Positions 1 through 9,091 of a stretch of DNA of 64,000 bases are shown piece after piece. The notes below the pieces were generated by a model. The model was not told the DNA's origin and made no database searches. It saw nothing but the letters and a program-made list of their open reading frames with translations. Positions within the stretch are counted from its first letter, which is position 1, and each line of letters starts with the position of its first letter. Source of the DNA: Escherichia phage EC.P2; the sequence record PQ631072.1; one strand, written 5' to 3'. The position numbers were made by a program, and so were the translations under genes.

Positions 1-582
1 TTCATTCAGATGCTTTGCAATAGTCATATATGGCGTTTTACAAGCTCTGTATGCAACTAAAGAATCTTTTAAAGAAAGTGCAAACTCTTTTGAGCGTTTT
101 GCTTCTTCCGTTTTCGTATAATCTGTTCTTTTGTATTTAGGGTTTGCTGCACCAAGAAGCGTTCCCTTCGCTTTTGCTACCTTAAGGCTCTTCTTAACAC
201 GATCAGATATTGCACGAGCCTCTTCTTCTGCCAGAACTGCTAAAATATTTATTATCATATTTTCAGCGGAGGGCATAGTTGCTATCCGCACATTAATCAT
301 CTCTAACAAGGTTGCAACAGAAGCTGTGTTACGTCCAAGACGGTCAACCTTAGCAACAACAAGTGTAGCACCTGTTTCTTTGCAAAGATTAACAGCTTTT
401 ACAAGCTCTCTACGTTGCTTCCAATCGCCTTTACCAGAATAAAACTCTGCAAAGCTACCTACAATAGTATAATTTTCTTGTGAATCCAAGAAGCGTTGGA
501 TATCTGCTTCCTGTGATTCTATACCATACTGGTTGCCTTGTTGTTTCTTCTTAGAAAGTCGATGATACAGTACAAACTTCAT
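1..582 (-). CDS. serine recombinase (resolvase/invertase family); C-terminal end lies beyond window start
   Basis: Minus-strand frame open from ATG at 582 (AGGAGG upstream) to position 1 with no stop; translation MKFVLYHRLSKKKQ...ATLVVAKVDRLGRN has the catalytic Ser and DRLGR motifs. Not in ORF track because no stop lies inside the window. Confidence 0.7.
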   Translation of the reverse strand, partial: MKFVLYHRLSKKKQQGNQYGIESQEADIQRFLDSQENYTIVGSFAEFYSGKGDWKQRRELVKAVNLCKETGATLVVAKVDRLGRNTASVATLLEMINVRIATMPSAENMIINILAVLAEEEARAISDRVKKSLKVAKAKGTLLGAANPKYKRTDYTKTEEAKRSKEFALSLKDSLVAYRACKTPYMTIAKHLNE

Positions 583-639
583 AATACCCTCCTGTTCTGT
601 TGCAGGAAGTATGCACTACCTTAATGTTAAAGTCAACAG

Positions 640-843
640 TTAAGTAGTGGTAATATCATCTTCTTGAATATCAGGGTCAACTTCTGCAAAGATAGCCTCT
701 ACAGGAATTTCTTCACCTGCTATTCTAGAAAGAAGCACTGAACCAATAGCTTTTGCGTGTTCTTCGGATTCCGCATAAACATTAGTTCCTGTGTCTTTTT
801 TCTTAGTTTCGTTAAAATATACCAGATAGTAATTGTATGCCAT
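640..843 (-). CDS. hypothetical protein (67 aa)
   Basis: ORF in the co-directional minus-strand gene array; no recognisable motif. Confidence 0.4.
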   Translation of the reverse strand: MAYNYYLVYFNETKKKDTGTNVYAESEEHAKAIGSVLLSRIAGEEIPVEAIFAEVDPDIQEDDITTT

Positions 844-1094
844 TATTCATCCCAATCGTTGTTGCGAGCACTTTCAAGAACCTTGACAACTTCTGCGTAC
901 TCTACAGCTAAACCAGCACACACTTCAGCTTGTTTTGCAATTGCTTGCTTAAAGAACATAGCGATTGCAACACTCTGTGTTGTGTGAATGTTATCTGCTT
1001 TAGTTGATACATGAAGATCAAAATCTTCTTCATCAAAGGTGAGTTCCATAGTAACAATAAATTTCTCGGTCATAAAAATGCTCCTCTTAAACAA
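843..1094 (-). CDS. hypothetical protein (83 aa)
   Basis: ORF abutting neighbours (start/stop overlap), no motif recognised. Confidence 0.4.
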   Translation of the reverse strand: MFKRSIFMTEKFIVTMELTFDEEDFDLHVSTKADNIHTTQSVAIAMFFKQAIAKQAEVCAGLAVEYAEVVKVLESARNNDWDE

Positions 1095-1596
1095 AATAGA
1101 AAGGTTGAGTTAAACCCAGCCTGTTTTTTGGGTCGTAGACGTACCAAGCATATGCTGTCTTGTCAGTACCACCTGCAACAAAAGATGGTCGTTCAGAAAG
1201 AACAATCAAATTTGTTGGTGGGTTCTGTTTATGGAATTCCCTTCGTTTAATAGACTCTAGGAACCCAAGACGCAACAAGTATATGCAAACGTCTGCTTCT
1301 TTTAAGCTCTTTTGCAAGAACTCAAGTGCAAGTCTGAATGGTGGATTTGTGATTATAATATCCGGCTTAGTATGCCATTCGTGGTTAAAATAATCCTTCC
1401 CTTCTTCTAACTCGCAATATTCTGATCCTTCTGGAAAATGTTGATAAATTGCAGCAGCAGCGCCTTTACACGGTTCTGCAAAAATAAAACCTTCTTCTTT
1501 AAGGTTATTAAAATCTATTACACTAAACAATGCATTTATACATTTTTGTGGAGTAGGATAGTAATCAGTTGGTGGACGATCATACTTATTTGCCAC
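1087..1596 (-). CDS. DNA N6-adenine methyltransferase-like (small phage Dam-type)
   Basis: 169 aa; FAEPCKG AdoMet-like motif followed by IITNPPF (NPPF/DPPY catalytic motif of amino-methyltransferases). Confidence 0.6.
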   Translation of the reverse strand: MANKYDRPPTDYYPTPQKCINALFSVIDFNNLKEEGFIFAEPCKGAAAAIYQHFPEGSEYCELEEGKDYFNHEWHTKPDIIITNPPFRLALEFLQKSLKEADVCIYLLRLGFLESIKRREFHKQNPPTNLIVLSERPSFVAGGTDKTAYAWYVYDPKNRLGLTQPFYFV

Positions 1597-2014
1597 TACT
1601 TAAAATCTCCTCTTTTGTGATTTCAGGGTTTTCTTCAAAAACCATAATATCTCTTAAGAACGTTAATTCTTCCATAGATACTGGTATTGTATCTTCTTCT
1701 GTTTTTCGTTTACATAAGTCGTCAAGAAAGTTTTTAACGCTTTCTGACACATCGTAAAATTTCAACAGTTGATAATCACAGGAGGAGATCCTATCTAGTT
1801 CTAACATTCTTTCTAAGATATTTTCTGTGTTGCCGTACAACACACGAACTTCTCCGAAAGGGTTGACTAAATATTGTGAAGTTCTGAACCATCCCTTTTT
1901 AGATACAGTGTAACGCTGTTCTGCTAAACTTTCAATAAAATTTTTAGCTCTTTTACAGTTTTGTTCTAAAGAGTAATAGGCTTTTTCTACAAAGATTACA
2001 GGTACTGGTAACAT
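1586..2014 (-). CDS. hypothetical protein (142 aa)
   Basis: ORF with RBS-like AGGAGG upstream of the start at 2014. Confidence 0.45.
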   Translation of the reverse strand: MLPVPVIFVEKAYYSLEQNCKRAKNFIESLAEQRYTVSKKGWFRTSQYLVNPFGEVRVLYGNTENILERMLELDRISSCDYQLLKFYDVSESVKNFLDDLCKRKTEEDTIPVSMEELTFLRDIMVFEENPEITKEEILSSGK

Positions 2015-2023
2015 ATCTCCTCC

Positions 2024-2047
2024 TAATAACCCCCGTGAGGGGGTTTA
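2024..2047 (-). terminator. putative stem-loop terminator/attenuator after HslV-like gene
   Basis: CCCCC-GTGA-GGGGG hairpin at 2030-2043 between convergently spaced genes; weak T-run on minus strand. Confidence 0.35.
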
Positions 2048-2054
2048 TGTTAGA

Positions 2055-2708
2055 TTAATTATCAGAGGACACTTTATCAAGTTTTTCAGAGACTGTCAAT
2101 ACTTTTTCTTGTGATTCTTTCATTTCTGCTAAAATACTTTCAGCTTCATCACTATCAGGATCACCAGTCAACAGCATACTAATTAGTTGCTCCTTGCTGA
2201 AGTTCAGAATATCTTCCGCTGTTAGCTCCAGTTGTTCTTCGATCTCTTCAACAAAAGTTTCACCGCCTGAAAAAGCATCTCGTAGTTTTGCAACTTCCAT
2301 CGCTTCTTCTGGGGTTGCCCCAGCGTCTAAAGCTGCTAAAGCAAAATCTGCCCCACTACCAACAGCATAGTAATCTTCAGTTAAAGGATATGCTCGCGTT
2401 GGATTATTACCCTCGTGCATATAAATTTTACCGTCTGGGTGAACAACCAATGCCACAAACTCTTCATCTTCTTTATCAGGATCTGATTGGATCACCAAAC
2501 CTGGGATTGTCTCTTGTGCTGCCTGGCACTGTAAGTTTTGTTCAAACCAAGAAAAGAAAGTCAGGATAGAAGACAGACGTCCTGCACCACCAACAAGGTA
2601 ATCCCCAATTTTACGCACTTTCTTGAAATTTAAAGTGTCTACTCGATTACCTACTGTTACTTTACCGTCAGATAGAATTTTGTTATGTGTTGCAATAATT
2701 GTTGTCAT
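2055..2708 (-). CDS. HslV/ClpQ-like N-terminal-nucleophile threonine peptidase with acidic C-terminal extension
   Basis: MTTIIA... N-terminus (Thr right after Met), GKVTVGN...KKVRK and VGGAG and YAVGSGADFA segments align to E. coli HslV TTIV...GNTVMKGNVKKVRR...GFAGG...IAIGSGGPYA; about 40 aa longer than HslV with a D/E-rich tail. Confidence 0.6.
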   Translation of the reverse strand: MTTIIATHNKILSDGKVTVGNRVDTLNFKKVRKIGDYLVGGAGRLSSILTFFSWFEQNLQCQAAQETIPGLVIQSDPDKEDEEFVALVVHPDGKIYMHEGNNPTRAYPLTEDYYAVGSGADFALAALDAGATPEEAMEVAKLRDAFSGGETFVEEIEEQLELTAEDILNFSKEQLISMLLTGDPDSDEAESILAEMKESQEKVLTVSEKLDKVSSDN

Positions 2709-3199
2709 TGTACTTCCTCCTGTAGTGTTTTAAGGACTGCTTTACCACCGCTTACATACTTACGTAGGTAATCAATAGCTCTTAGTGTTTCTTTATCCAC
2801 AAGAATTTTATTGGTTCTTGTTAGTGGATGATTTAGTAAATCACTGCAATTTCTTACTAACATAGATTTCTTGTGAAAGATACTGCTAAGAAAAAGAAGT
2901 TTAGAATCTTCTTCATCAATCAGGAGTAATTCTGAATTAGATCCGGCTACATTTATTATACACTCAAACAAGCCTTCTTGACTATCAGATAATTCCTGGT
3001 AATATTTAGTTAGCCAATCCTCTCCTTTTAACCAACTAAAAAACATCTGAACTTTTTGTAAAGTTGTCATGTTCTCTAAACGAAGAGATATTTCTTTTTC
3101 AATCTTGTCAATATAAATCTGTCTAAACTCATTCGGCTTAACTAAGCCAGCTTGATAGCATTCATCAATACCATTGCGATCAATCTCAATTAGCGTCAT
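2705..3199 (-). CDS. hypothetical protein (164 aa)
   Basis: ORF translationally coupled to HslV-like gene (ATGA overlap at 2705-2708). Confidence 0.45.
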   Translation of the reverse strand: MTLIEIDRNGIDECYQAGLVKPNEFRQIYIDKIEKEISLRLENMTTLQKVQMFFSWLKGEDWLTKYYQELSDSQEGLFECIINVAGSNSELLLIDEEDSKLLFLSSIFHKKSMLVRNCSDLLNHPLTRTNKILVDKETLRAIDYLRKYVSGGKAVLKTLQEEVQ

Positions 3200-3235
3200 T
3201 TAACCTCCATAACAGGCATCCTTGCCTTGTAATTA

Positions 3236-3988
3236 TTAATATACTTCCGTGATAAACTGAGACAAACGGGAACGTTGGTTATCAGCAGTTGTCATTTCAA
3301 CATAACCAATAAAATCTACAATAGCTTCCCTTTCTCCTTCTTCGTTAATAGGAACAACACGATCTAACAAATCACCTAACCCATTAGCTCTTCGTTTAAT
3401 TGCATATGTTTGATTAACATCGCCCATAATGACAATACGTGTATTAAGACCTGCTCGCTCAAGGAGAAGTTTTACTGTGTTTGGTGACATAAGTTGAACT
3501 TCATCAATAAGAATAATGCTGTTATCCCACGTAGCACCTAGTGCATAGTTTGGAATATTAAGTTCAATTTTGCCACTTGCAATATCGTTTTCCAATTTAT
3601 TTGCAGTCATAAACTGTTGGAAAATTCGTTTAGTTGATTCGTAGTGTGCTGCTAGTTTATCAGTCTTATCTCCAGATAAGAAACCGATTTGGTCATCACC
3701 TACTTCTGTCGGGTTTTTAAGGAAAATCAACTTTCTGAAGTCACCAGCTTTAAGCATTTGTAATGCTTTCCATAGTGCTGTTGTCGTTTTTCCTGTTCCT
3801 GCTGGGGCATTAACAATGGTTAAATCATTCCAAACCATGCTTCTTACAATAGCTTCTTGATTCCCAACAGGGGTAAATTCATCAAGACGGTAATCATCAT
3901 TTCCTACTGCTTTAGCCGCATAACGACTGGCACGTTTGTCATCATTGGCTGCTGATTGACGACGAGCCTTTGCGGTTTTATTTCCCAT
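3236..3988 (-). CDS. phoH: PhoH-like ATPase
   Basis: 250 aa; Walker A VNAPAGTGKTTTAL and overall PhoH-family layout. Confidence 0.75.
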   Translation of the reverse strand: MGNKTAKARRQSAANDDKRASRYAAKAVGNDDYRLDEFTPVGNQEAIVRSMVWNDLTIVNAPAGTGKTTTALWKALQMLKAGDFRKLIFLKNPTEVGDDQIGFLSGDKTDKLAAHYESTKRIFQQFMTANKLENDIASGKIELNIPNYALGATWDNSIILIDEVQLMSPNTVKLLLERAGLNTRIVIMGDVNQTYAIKRRANGLGDLLDRVVPINEEGEREAIVDFIGYVEMTTADNQRSRLSQFITEVY

Positions 3989-3997
3989 GTTTGCACT

Positions 3998-4026
3998 CCT
4001 TATAAAAGGGGCTTTCGCCCCTTTGT
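3998..4026 (-). terminator. rho-independent terminator (palindrome AAAGGGGCTTTCGCCCCTTT)
   Basis: Perfect GC stem AGGGGC/GCCCCT at 4005-4024 flanked by T/A runs, between lysozyme stop and phoH start; the same 19-nt core recurs at 17092-17110. Confidence 0.55.
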
Positions 4027-4527
4027 TTAGTTATAAGCGTCTAATGTTCCAGTTTTAAGCACCTGAATTACACGCTCTGCGCGATTAGGCGTTTGGCGAT
4101 ACCATTTACTTTTACGTAAATTTATAGAGGCTTGAGTATAATATGAATTACTCACTAAAGTCAAGCTATTTTTGAAAGATTCTGCACCTTTCAATCCCAT
4201 TTGAAATACCATATTGATAATAGCCATTTTACGATTAGGACTTACTTTATCGTAAATAGGAGATAATATGGTACTTGAATGGATTTGTTGTATCGCTTTC
4301 TTTACGTCACCCTCAAAGATTTTTCTAGCTTCCGCTTCAGTAATAACCCCATTAGTTTTTCTACCTACTAAGTTATCAAGAATGCGTATAGCTTCTGATT
4401 TATCTTTAAGTTTTGTCAGAAGGTGTCCAATACCAACCGTCCAATACCCTTCGGTATCAGTATATACAGTTAGCTTTAGTCCTTCATCAAAACGTAACAT
4501 ATCAAACACATCAACTACTTTAGCCAT
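4027..4527 (-). CDS. T4 e-type lysozyme (GH24 endolysin)
   Basis: [39 protein letters not shown] closely parallels T4 lysozyme [35 protein letters not shown] (catalytic Glu, Asp, Thr in place). Confidence 0.85.
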   Translation of the reverse strand: [166 protein letters not shown]

Positions 4528-4539
4528 GTTTTCCTTATA

Positions 4540-4683
4540 TTAGTCGCCCTCCCCATGATCTAGCTCTTGAAACAGTAGGTGTTCAGGAGACATTTCACGT
4601 TTAGGCTTCGTCTTTTTAGTTTGGGACTTAAGCTCTGTTGCCAAAGCACGAGAAAAGATCTTACGTTTCTGTTTACCTTTCAT
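4540..4683 (-). CDS. small basic protein (47 aa)
   Basis: Unlisted short ORF MKGKQKRKIFSRALATELKSQTKKTKPKREMSPEHLLFQELDHGEGD with GGAG upstream, filling the gap between glutaredoxin and lysozyme. Confidence 0.35.
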   Translation of the reverse strand: MKGKQKRKIFSRALATELKSQTKKTKPKREMSPEHLLFQELDHGEGD

Positions 4684-4687
4684 ATTG

Positions 4688-4954
4688 TTACTCCGCAATC
4701 TGAGCCATGAATTCACGTAGTTCAGAAAAACCTCCTACGTGGGTTAGATGTTCACCATCTTCCACAAAAATTTGAGGGAAGGTACGTGGCAGAACACCTG
4801 TTTTCTCTAAAACCAGATTCTGAATCTGATCTAAAGAATAGTCTTCATCTAAGGTAAGGTATTTAAAATCCTGTTCACGCTGTTCTAGCAGAATTTTAGC
4901 GTTAGTGCAGAAAGGACAATTTGGTTTACCGTAGATAATAAAATTCATTTTCAC
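4688..4954 (-). CDS. glutaredoxin (likely RNR reductant)
   Basis: 88 aa, CPFC active-site motif near N-terminus (IYGKPNCPFC). Confidence 0.7.
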   Translation of the reverse strand: MKMNFIIYGKPNCPFCTNAKILLEQREQDFKYLTLDEDYSLDQIQNLVLEKTGVLPRTFPQIFVEDGEHLTHVGGFSELREFMAQIAE

Positions 4955-5781
4955 TCCTTGTTTAAAAGTATAGTTAAAGTTCTTACAATACCGCTATCAA
5001 CACTTCGCGGATTTAAAGTAGGATCTGTTTTTAAATAAGATGTTGCTGGTCTGACTGCTTTAGAATTATAGGTTGAAGCAGATACAGGATTAACTGTAAC
5101 AGATAAATCTATAACAAGAAATATCTTTCGTGCAAAATCATACCAAGAAATATAATCTGCACCTGCATAGTGTACAATTTTACTATTTACACCATCTTTT
5201 ACAAGTTTAAAAATTGTTTCTGCCAGATCAGGTGCATAAGTAGGACATGATAAATGATCACATACTACATTAAATTCTTTTTGACCACCGTTGTAGCGTT
5301 CCAACATAGTTTTCAAAAAGTTATGTCCAAACTCACTATAAACAGAAGCTGTTCTGATAATAAGTGCTGTAGGACAAACTGTTTGTACTAAAGTTTCACC
5401 TAATTGTTTACTGTAACCATAGGTGTTCAAGGGGTTTGTTTTACTATCTTCTGTGCCAGCGACATGCCCATCAAAAACATAGTCTGTTGAAATATGTACA
5501 AACTGTATCAGTAAATCATTACATGCTTTGGCAATGTTTGTTGCACCGTATGCATTAACATTTATACAGGTGTTAACATCTTCTTCAGCTTTATCTACTG
5601 CTGTGTAAGCCGCACAATTCACAACAACATCAGGCACGTGCTGTACAAGACTATTCATAACATCTTTAAAGTTGGTAATGTCTATATCACTTGCTTCAAT
5701 CAAAATAACATCTTCTGGCGCAACTTTTGCCAAAGACTGTCCTAATTGACCTTTTGAACCAAAGATTAAAAATTTTGTCAA
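4951..5781 (-). CDS. rmlD: dTDP-4-dehydrorhamnose reductase
   Basis: MTKFLIFGSKGQLGQSL...NCAAYTAVDKAEED...HISTDYVF...YGYSKQLGE parallels E. coli RfbD. Confidence 0.8.
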   Translation of the reverse strand: MTKFLIFGSKGQLGQSLAKVAPEDVILIEASDIDITNFKDVMNSLVQHVPDVVVNCAAYTAVDKAEEDVNTCINVNAYGATNIAKACNDLLIQFVHISTDYVFDGHVAGTEDSKTNPLNTYGYSKQLGETLVQTVCPTALIIRTASVYSEFGHNFLKTMLERYNGGQKEFNVVCDHLSCPTYAPDLAETIFKLVKDGVNSKIVHYAGADYISWYDFARKIFLVIDLSVTVNPVSASTYNSKAVRPATSYLKTDPTLNPRSVDSGIVRTLTILLNKE

Positions 5782-6332
5782 AATATGATCTCCTTTAGTG
5801 TTTTGGCTTGCTGATCTTTTTGTGACAAGATAGGTTTAAAATTAATATCATTAAAGATTAAATCAAAACCCCAATCTATATTGATATCTGGATCATTCCA
5901 CGCAAGACTACACTCTGAAGTCGGATCGTAATATTCTGTGCATTTATATTCAAAATCAGCAATATCGCTAATCACAACAAAACCATGAGCGAAACCAGGA
6001 GGAATCCAAAATTGTGTTTTATTCTTTTCAGATAAGAGAACACCTACCCATTCTCCAAATGTTGGACTACCAACCCTAATATCTACAGCAACATCATAAA
6101 CTTCACCACGAACACAACGTACTAACTTCCCTTGTGGGTTTTTCTTTTGAAAATGAAGCCCACGTAGAACTCCTCGAATAGAACGTGAATGGTTATCTTG
6201 GACAAAGTTTTGTTTACCTATGTATTGATCATATAAAGCCTGATTAAAACTTTCTAAGAAAAAACCACGTTCATCTCCGTAAACGTCAGGTTGAATGATC
6301 AACAAATCTTCGATTTTTGTTGCTTGAATCAT
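5778..6332 (-). CDS. rmlC: dTDP-4-dehydrorhamnose 3,5-epimerase
   Basis: 184 aa cupin; DERGFFLESFN...LRGLHFQ...FWIPPGFAHGF motifs typical of RmlC. Confidence 0.8.
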   Translation of the reverse strand: MIQATKIEDLLIIQPDVYGDERGFFLESFNQALYDQYIGKQNFVQDNHSRSIRGVLRGLHFQKKNPQGKLVRCVRGEVYDVAVDIRVGSPTFGEWVGVLLSEKNKTQFWIPPGFAHGFVVISDIADFEYKCTEYYDPTSECSLAWNDPDINIDWGFDLIFNDINFKPILSQKDQQAKTLKEIIF

Positions 6333-6344
6333 TTAACTCCCCCT

Positions 6345-7214
6345 TTATTTTAATTTAAGTAAATACTTACCGTAGTCTGTTTTACTTAAAACCTCTCCAG
6401 AACTTCTTACAGAGTCTAAAGTAATCCATTCATTTTTAAAAGCAATCTCTTCTAGGCATGCAACCTTCATCCCTTGTTGCTTTTCTATTGCATGAACAAA
6501 TTGAGATGCTTCCATAAGACTTTCATGTGTTCCTGTATCCAGCCAAGTGAAACCCCTTCCTAGTTTACAGACACGTAAAGTCTTTTCTTTCCAGTACATC
6601 TCATTTATATCTGTAATCTCTAACTCCCCTCTAGCAGAAGGTTTAACGCTCTTAGCTTTCTGTATAACAGAATTATCGTAAAAGTACAAGCCTGTGATTG
6701 CATAGTTGCTTTTTGGTGTTTTTGGTTTTTCTTCAATACTCACCACTGTACCTTCAGAATCAAATTCAACAACACCAAATCTTTCAGGATCATTTACGTG
6801 ATACCCAAAAATATTAGCTCCACCATTCTTTTCAATATGTTCTTTAGCAGAATCTAAAATGCTACCAAAACTCTGACCAAAGAATAAATTATCACCTAGC
6901 ACAAGTGCTACAGAATCTTCACCAATAAAGTTCTCACCAATAATAAAGGCTTCTGCTAAACCTTTTGGGCTGTTCTGTACTGCATACTGTAGGGAAATAC
7001 CAAAAGAAGAACCATCACCTAGAAGATTTACAAAATTAACTTGATCTTCTGGTGTTGTAATTATTAGTATTTCCCTAATTCCAGAAAGCATTAGGACAGA
7101 GAGTGGATAATAAATCATAGGCTTATCGTAAATTGGTAATAGTTGTTTACTAACCCCTTTAGTAACTGGGTAAAGTCTTGTTCCACTACCACCTGCTAAG
7201 ATAATACCTTTCAT
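6345..7214 (-). CDS. rmlA: glucose-1-phosphate thymidylyltransferase
   Basis: [39 protein letters not shown] nearly identical in pattern to E. coli RfbA N-terminus. Confidence 0.85.
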   Translation of the reverse strand: MKGIILAGGSGTRLYPVTKGVSKQLLPIYDKPMIYYPLSVLMLSGIREILIITTPEDQVNFVNLLGDGSSFGISLQYAVQNSPKGLAEAFIIGENFIGEDSVALVLGDNLFFGQSFGSILDSAKEHIEKNGGANIFGYHVNDPERFGVVEFDSEGTVVSIEEKPKTPKSNYAITGLYFYDNSVIQKAKSVKPSARGELEITDINEMYWKEKTLRVCKLGRGFTWLDTGTHESLMEASQFVHAIEKQQGMKVACLEEIAFKNEWITLDSVRSSGEVLSKTDYGKYLLKLK

Positions 7215-7222
7215 ACTCCTCC

Positions 7223-8212
7223 TTAAACTTTATTTTCCCACCACTCTTTGTTATCTACATACCAATCAATGGTTGAATAAAGTTTTTCTTCAAATGTGCC
7301 TTTAGCTTTCCACCCTAATTCCTTTTCAATCTTATAAGGATTCACTTCGTATCTTAAATCATGCCCAGGTCTATCTGTAACCATCTCAATGAGGCTACAA
7401 GCATCTGTTTCAGATGGATACACCGCATCCATATAATCACAAATCATATAGATTACATCAATATTAGTTCTAGGGTTTCTGCTTCCAATATTATATGTTT
7501 CTCCAGGTTTGCCTTTAGTTACTACTAGGTGTAATGCTTCTGCGTGATCGTCAACGTATAACCAATCTCTTACTTGAAGACCATTACCATAAACAGGGAT
7601 TGGTTTATGCATCAAGATATTTGTTATCGTTTTAGGTATTAGTTTTTCTGGATGATGATATGCTCCAAAATTATTTGAACAATTTGTTATAACTGTCGGA
7701 ACACCATAAGTACGATGCCACGCTCTTACCAAATGATCGCTTGCTGCCTTAGATGCAGCATATGGACTACTTGGCTTATAAGGATTCTGTTCTGTAAACG
7801 GATAATCCCCTTCTTCCAGATCACCATACACTTCATCTGTTGAAATATGATGGAACATTTTAAGATTTGATTTATCTCCCATTAAACGAACAGCTTCTAG
7901 AAGATTAAATGTCCCAACAATATTTGAATTTATAAAAACACTCGGTGATGCTATTGAATTATCTACGTGACTTTCTGCTGCAAGATGCATTATATAATCT
8001 GGATTAACATCTGCCACAATCTTAGCAGTTAACTGCGCATTTGTCAAGTCAACACGACAAAACTTTACATTAGGTGTTTCTGATAAATTTCTAGGGTCTG
8101 AAGCGTAACCCCATTTATCTATAACGTAAATATCATTCTTAGTATTTTTAGCCAGGAAACGAACTACTGCACTTCCAATAAAGCCTAAACCACCTGTTAC
8201 TAAGTATTTCAT
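7223..8212 (-). CDS. rmlB: dTDP-glucose 4,6-dehydratase
   Basis: [19 protein letters not shown]...[13 protein letters not shown]...[11 protein letters not shown] matches RfbB/RmlB SDR pattern. Confidence 0.85.
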   Translation of the reverse strand: MKYLVTGGLGFIGSAVVRFLAKNTKNDIYVIDKWGYASDPRNLSETPNVKFCRVDLTNAQLTAKIVADVNPDYIMHLAAESHVDNSIASPSVFINSNIVGTFNLLEAVRLMGDKSNLKMFHHISTDEVYGDLEEGDYPFTEQNPYKPSSPYAASKAASDHLVRAWHRTYGVPTVITNCSNNFGAYHHPEKLIPKTITNILMHKPIPVYGNGLQVRDWLYVDDHAEALHLVVTKGKPGETYNIGSRNPRTNIDVIYMICDYMDAVYPSETDACSLIEMVTDRPGHDLRYEVNPYKIEKELGWKAKGTFEEKLYSTIDWYVDNKEWWENKV

Positions 8213-8406
8213 TTAGTCTCCTTCCAATTATTTCCTTCAGTAAAAATAATACCTTCATAAAACAACCATCTGGAACCTTTTTCAACAGGAACAGGAATCT
8301 CTTCTTCAGTAAAGTTATAAACCTCTCTAGCATCTTCTAAAAGTGATGCAAATGTTTTTGGACTTACTGTTACGCGAGGAGCATTGATCAGTCGATCTAG
8401 CATCAT
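8209..8406 (-). CDS. hypothetical protein (65 aa; start trimmed to ATG at 8406 with AGGAGG RBS)
   Basis: Track ORF 8209..8499 overlaps upstream gene; internal ATG at 8406 has a strong RBS. Confidence 0.4.
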   Translation of the reverse strand: MMLDRLINAPRVTVSPKTFASLLEDAREVYNFTEEEIPVPVEKGSRWLFYEGIIFTEGNNWKETK

Positions 8407-8419
8407 TCTACTATCCTCC

Positions 8420-8746
8420 TTACCAAACGTGTTGAGAAATAATAGTTTCCGTTTCAATGTTATATTTTTCAAGAAGTTGTACGTAGGCTTCTTTTGCATT
8501 CTTATTTAGTTGCTCAAGATCTACAGCTATACTTCCTTCGCCACCTTCTAAATAAATGCCATATATGCAATAAGATTCATCAGCATCATAGAAAGGAGAG
8601 ATACGACTTAAATCAAGACCTTCTTGTAAGAACCAGTTCAAATCTCCATCAAATTCTTCTTCAATTTTAGGATCTTCTCCTACAGCCTCTTCCCATTTAT
8701 TAAAAGGTGCACCCTGTAACATACGCCATGCAATATCAACTCCCAC
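8420..8746 (-). CDS. hypothetical acidic protein (108 aa)
   Basis: ORF; start ATG overlaps stop of upstream mini-gene. Confidence 0.45.
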   Translation of the reverse strand: MGVDIAWRMLQGAPFNKWEEAVGEDPKIEEEFDGDLNWFLQEGLDLSRISPFYDADESYCIYGIYLEGGEGSIAVDLEQLNKNAKEAYVQLLEKYNIETETIISQHVW

Positions 8747-8882
8747 TATCTTCCTCCTCTTCTTTTTCTTCTGTATGAACGAAACCTAAGCCGTTACAAT
8801 TCCAACAAGGAATAAATTGTTCCATACTAACAATAAAATTCCCAGTACCACCGCAGACAGGACAAATACTTACATCGTCCAT
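8739..8882 (-). CDS. DnaJ-type zinc-finger mini-protein (47 aa)
   Basis: Unlisted ORF MDDVSICPVCGGTGNFIVSMEQFIPCWNCNGLGFVHTEEKEEEEDSGS: CPVCGGTG is the CxxCxGxG repeat of DnaJ zinc fingers, second CxxC follows; GAGGAG RBS. Confidence 0.45.
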
Positions 8883-8884
8883 TA

Positions 8885-9091
8885 TTAAAGCTCCTCAATC
8901 TTTTCTAACATCTGTTTTAACTCATTCTCTGTTAACAGAATTTCTGTGATACCATCATAAGTTTCTACCATCAGAGTAAAACATTTCTCTCCATCTGAAC
9001 ACACAAAAGCGCCACCTTCATCTTCTGTTAAGTCAGAATTAATATCTACATCAACAAAATCAATCATCTTTTTCTCCTTTGATAATTTCAA
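8885..9091 (-). CDS. hypothetical protein (68 aa)
   Basis: ORF in operon array. Confidence 0.4.
   Translation of the reverse strand: MKLSKEKKMIDFVDVDINSDLTEDEGGAFVCSDGEKCFTLMVETYDGITEILLTENELKQMLEKIEEL

Noticed and set aside
131-442. Plus-strand 103-aa ORF from the six-frame track
   Set aside because: Lies entirely antisense within the serine recombinase frame, which has clear catalytic motifs and a strong RBS; no RBS of its own
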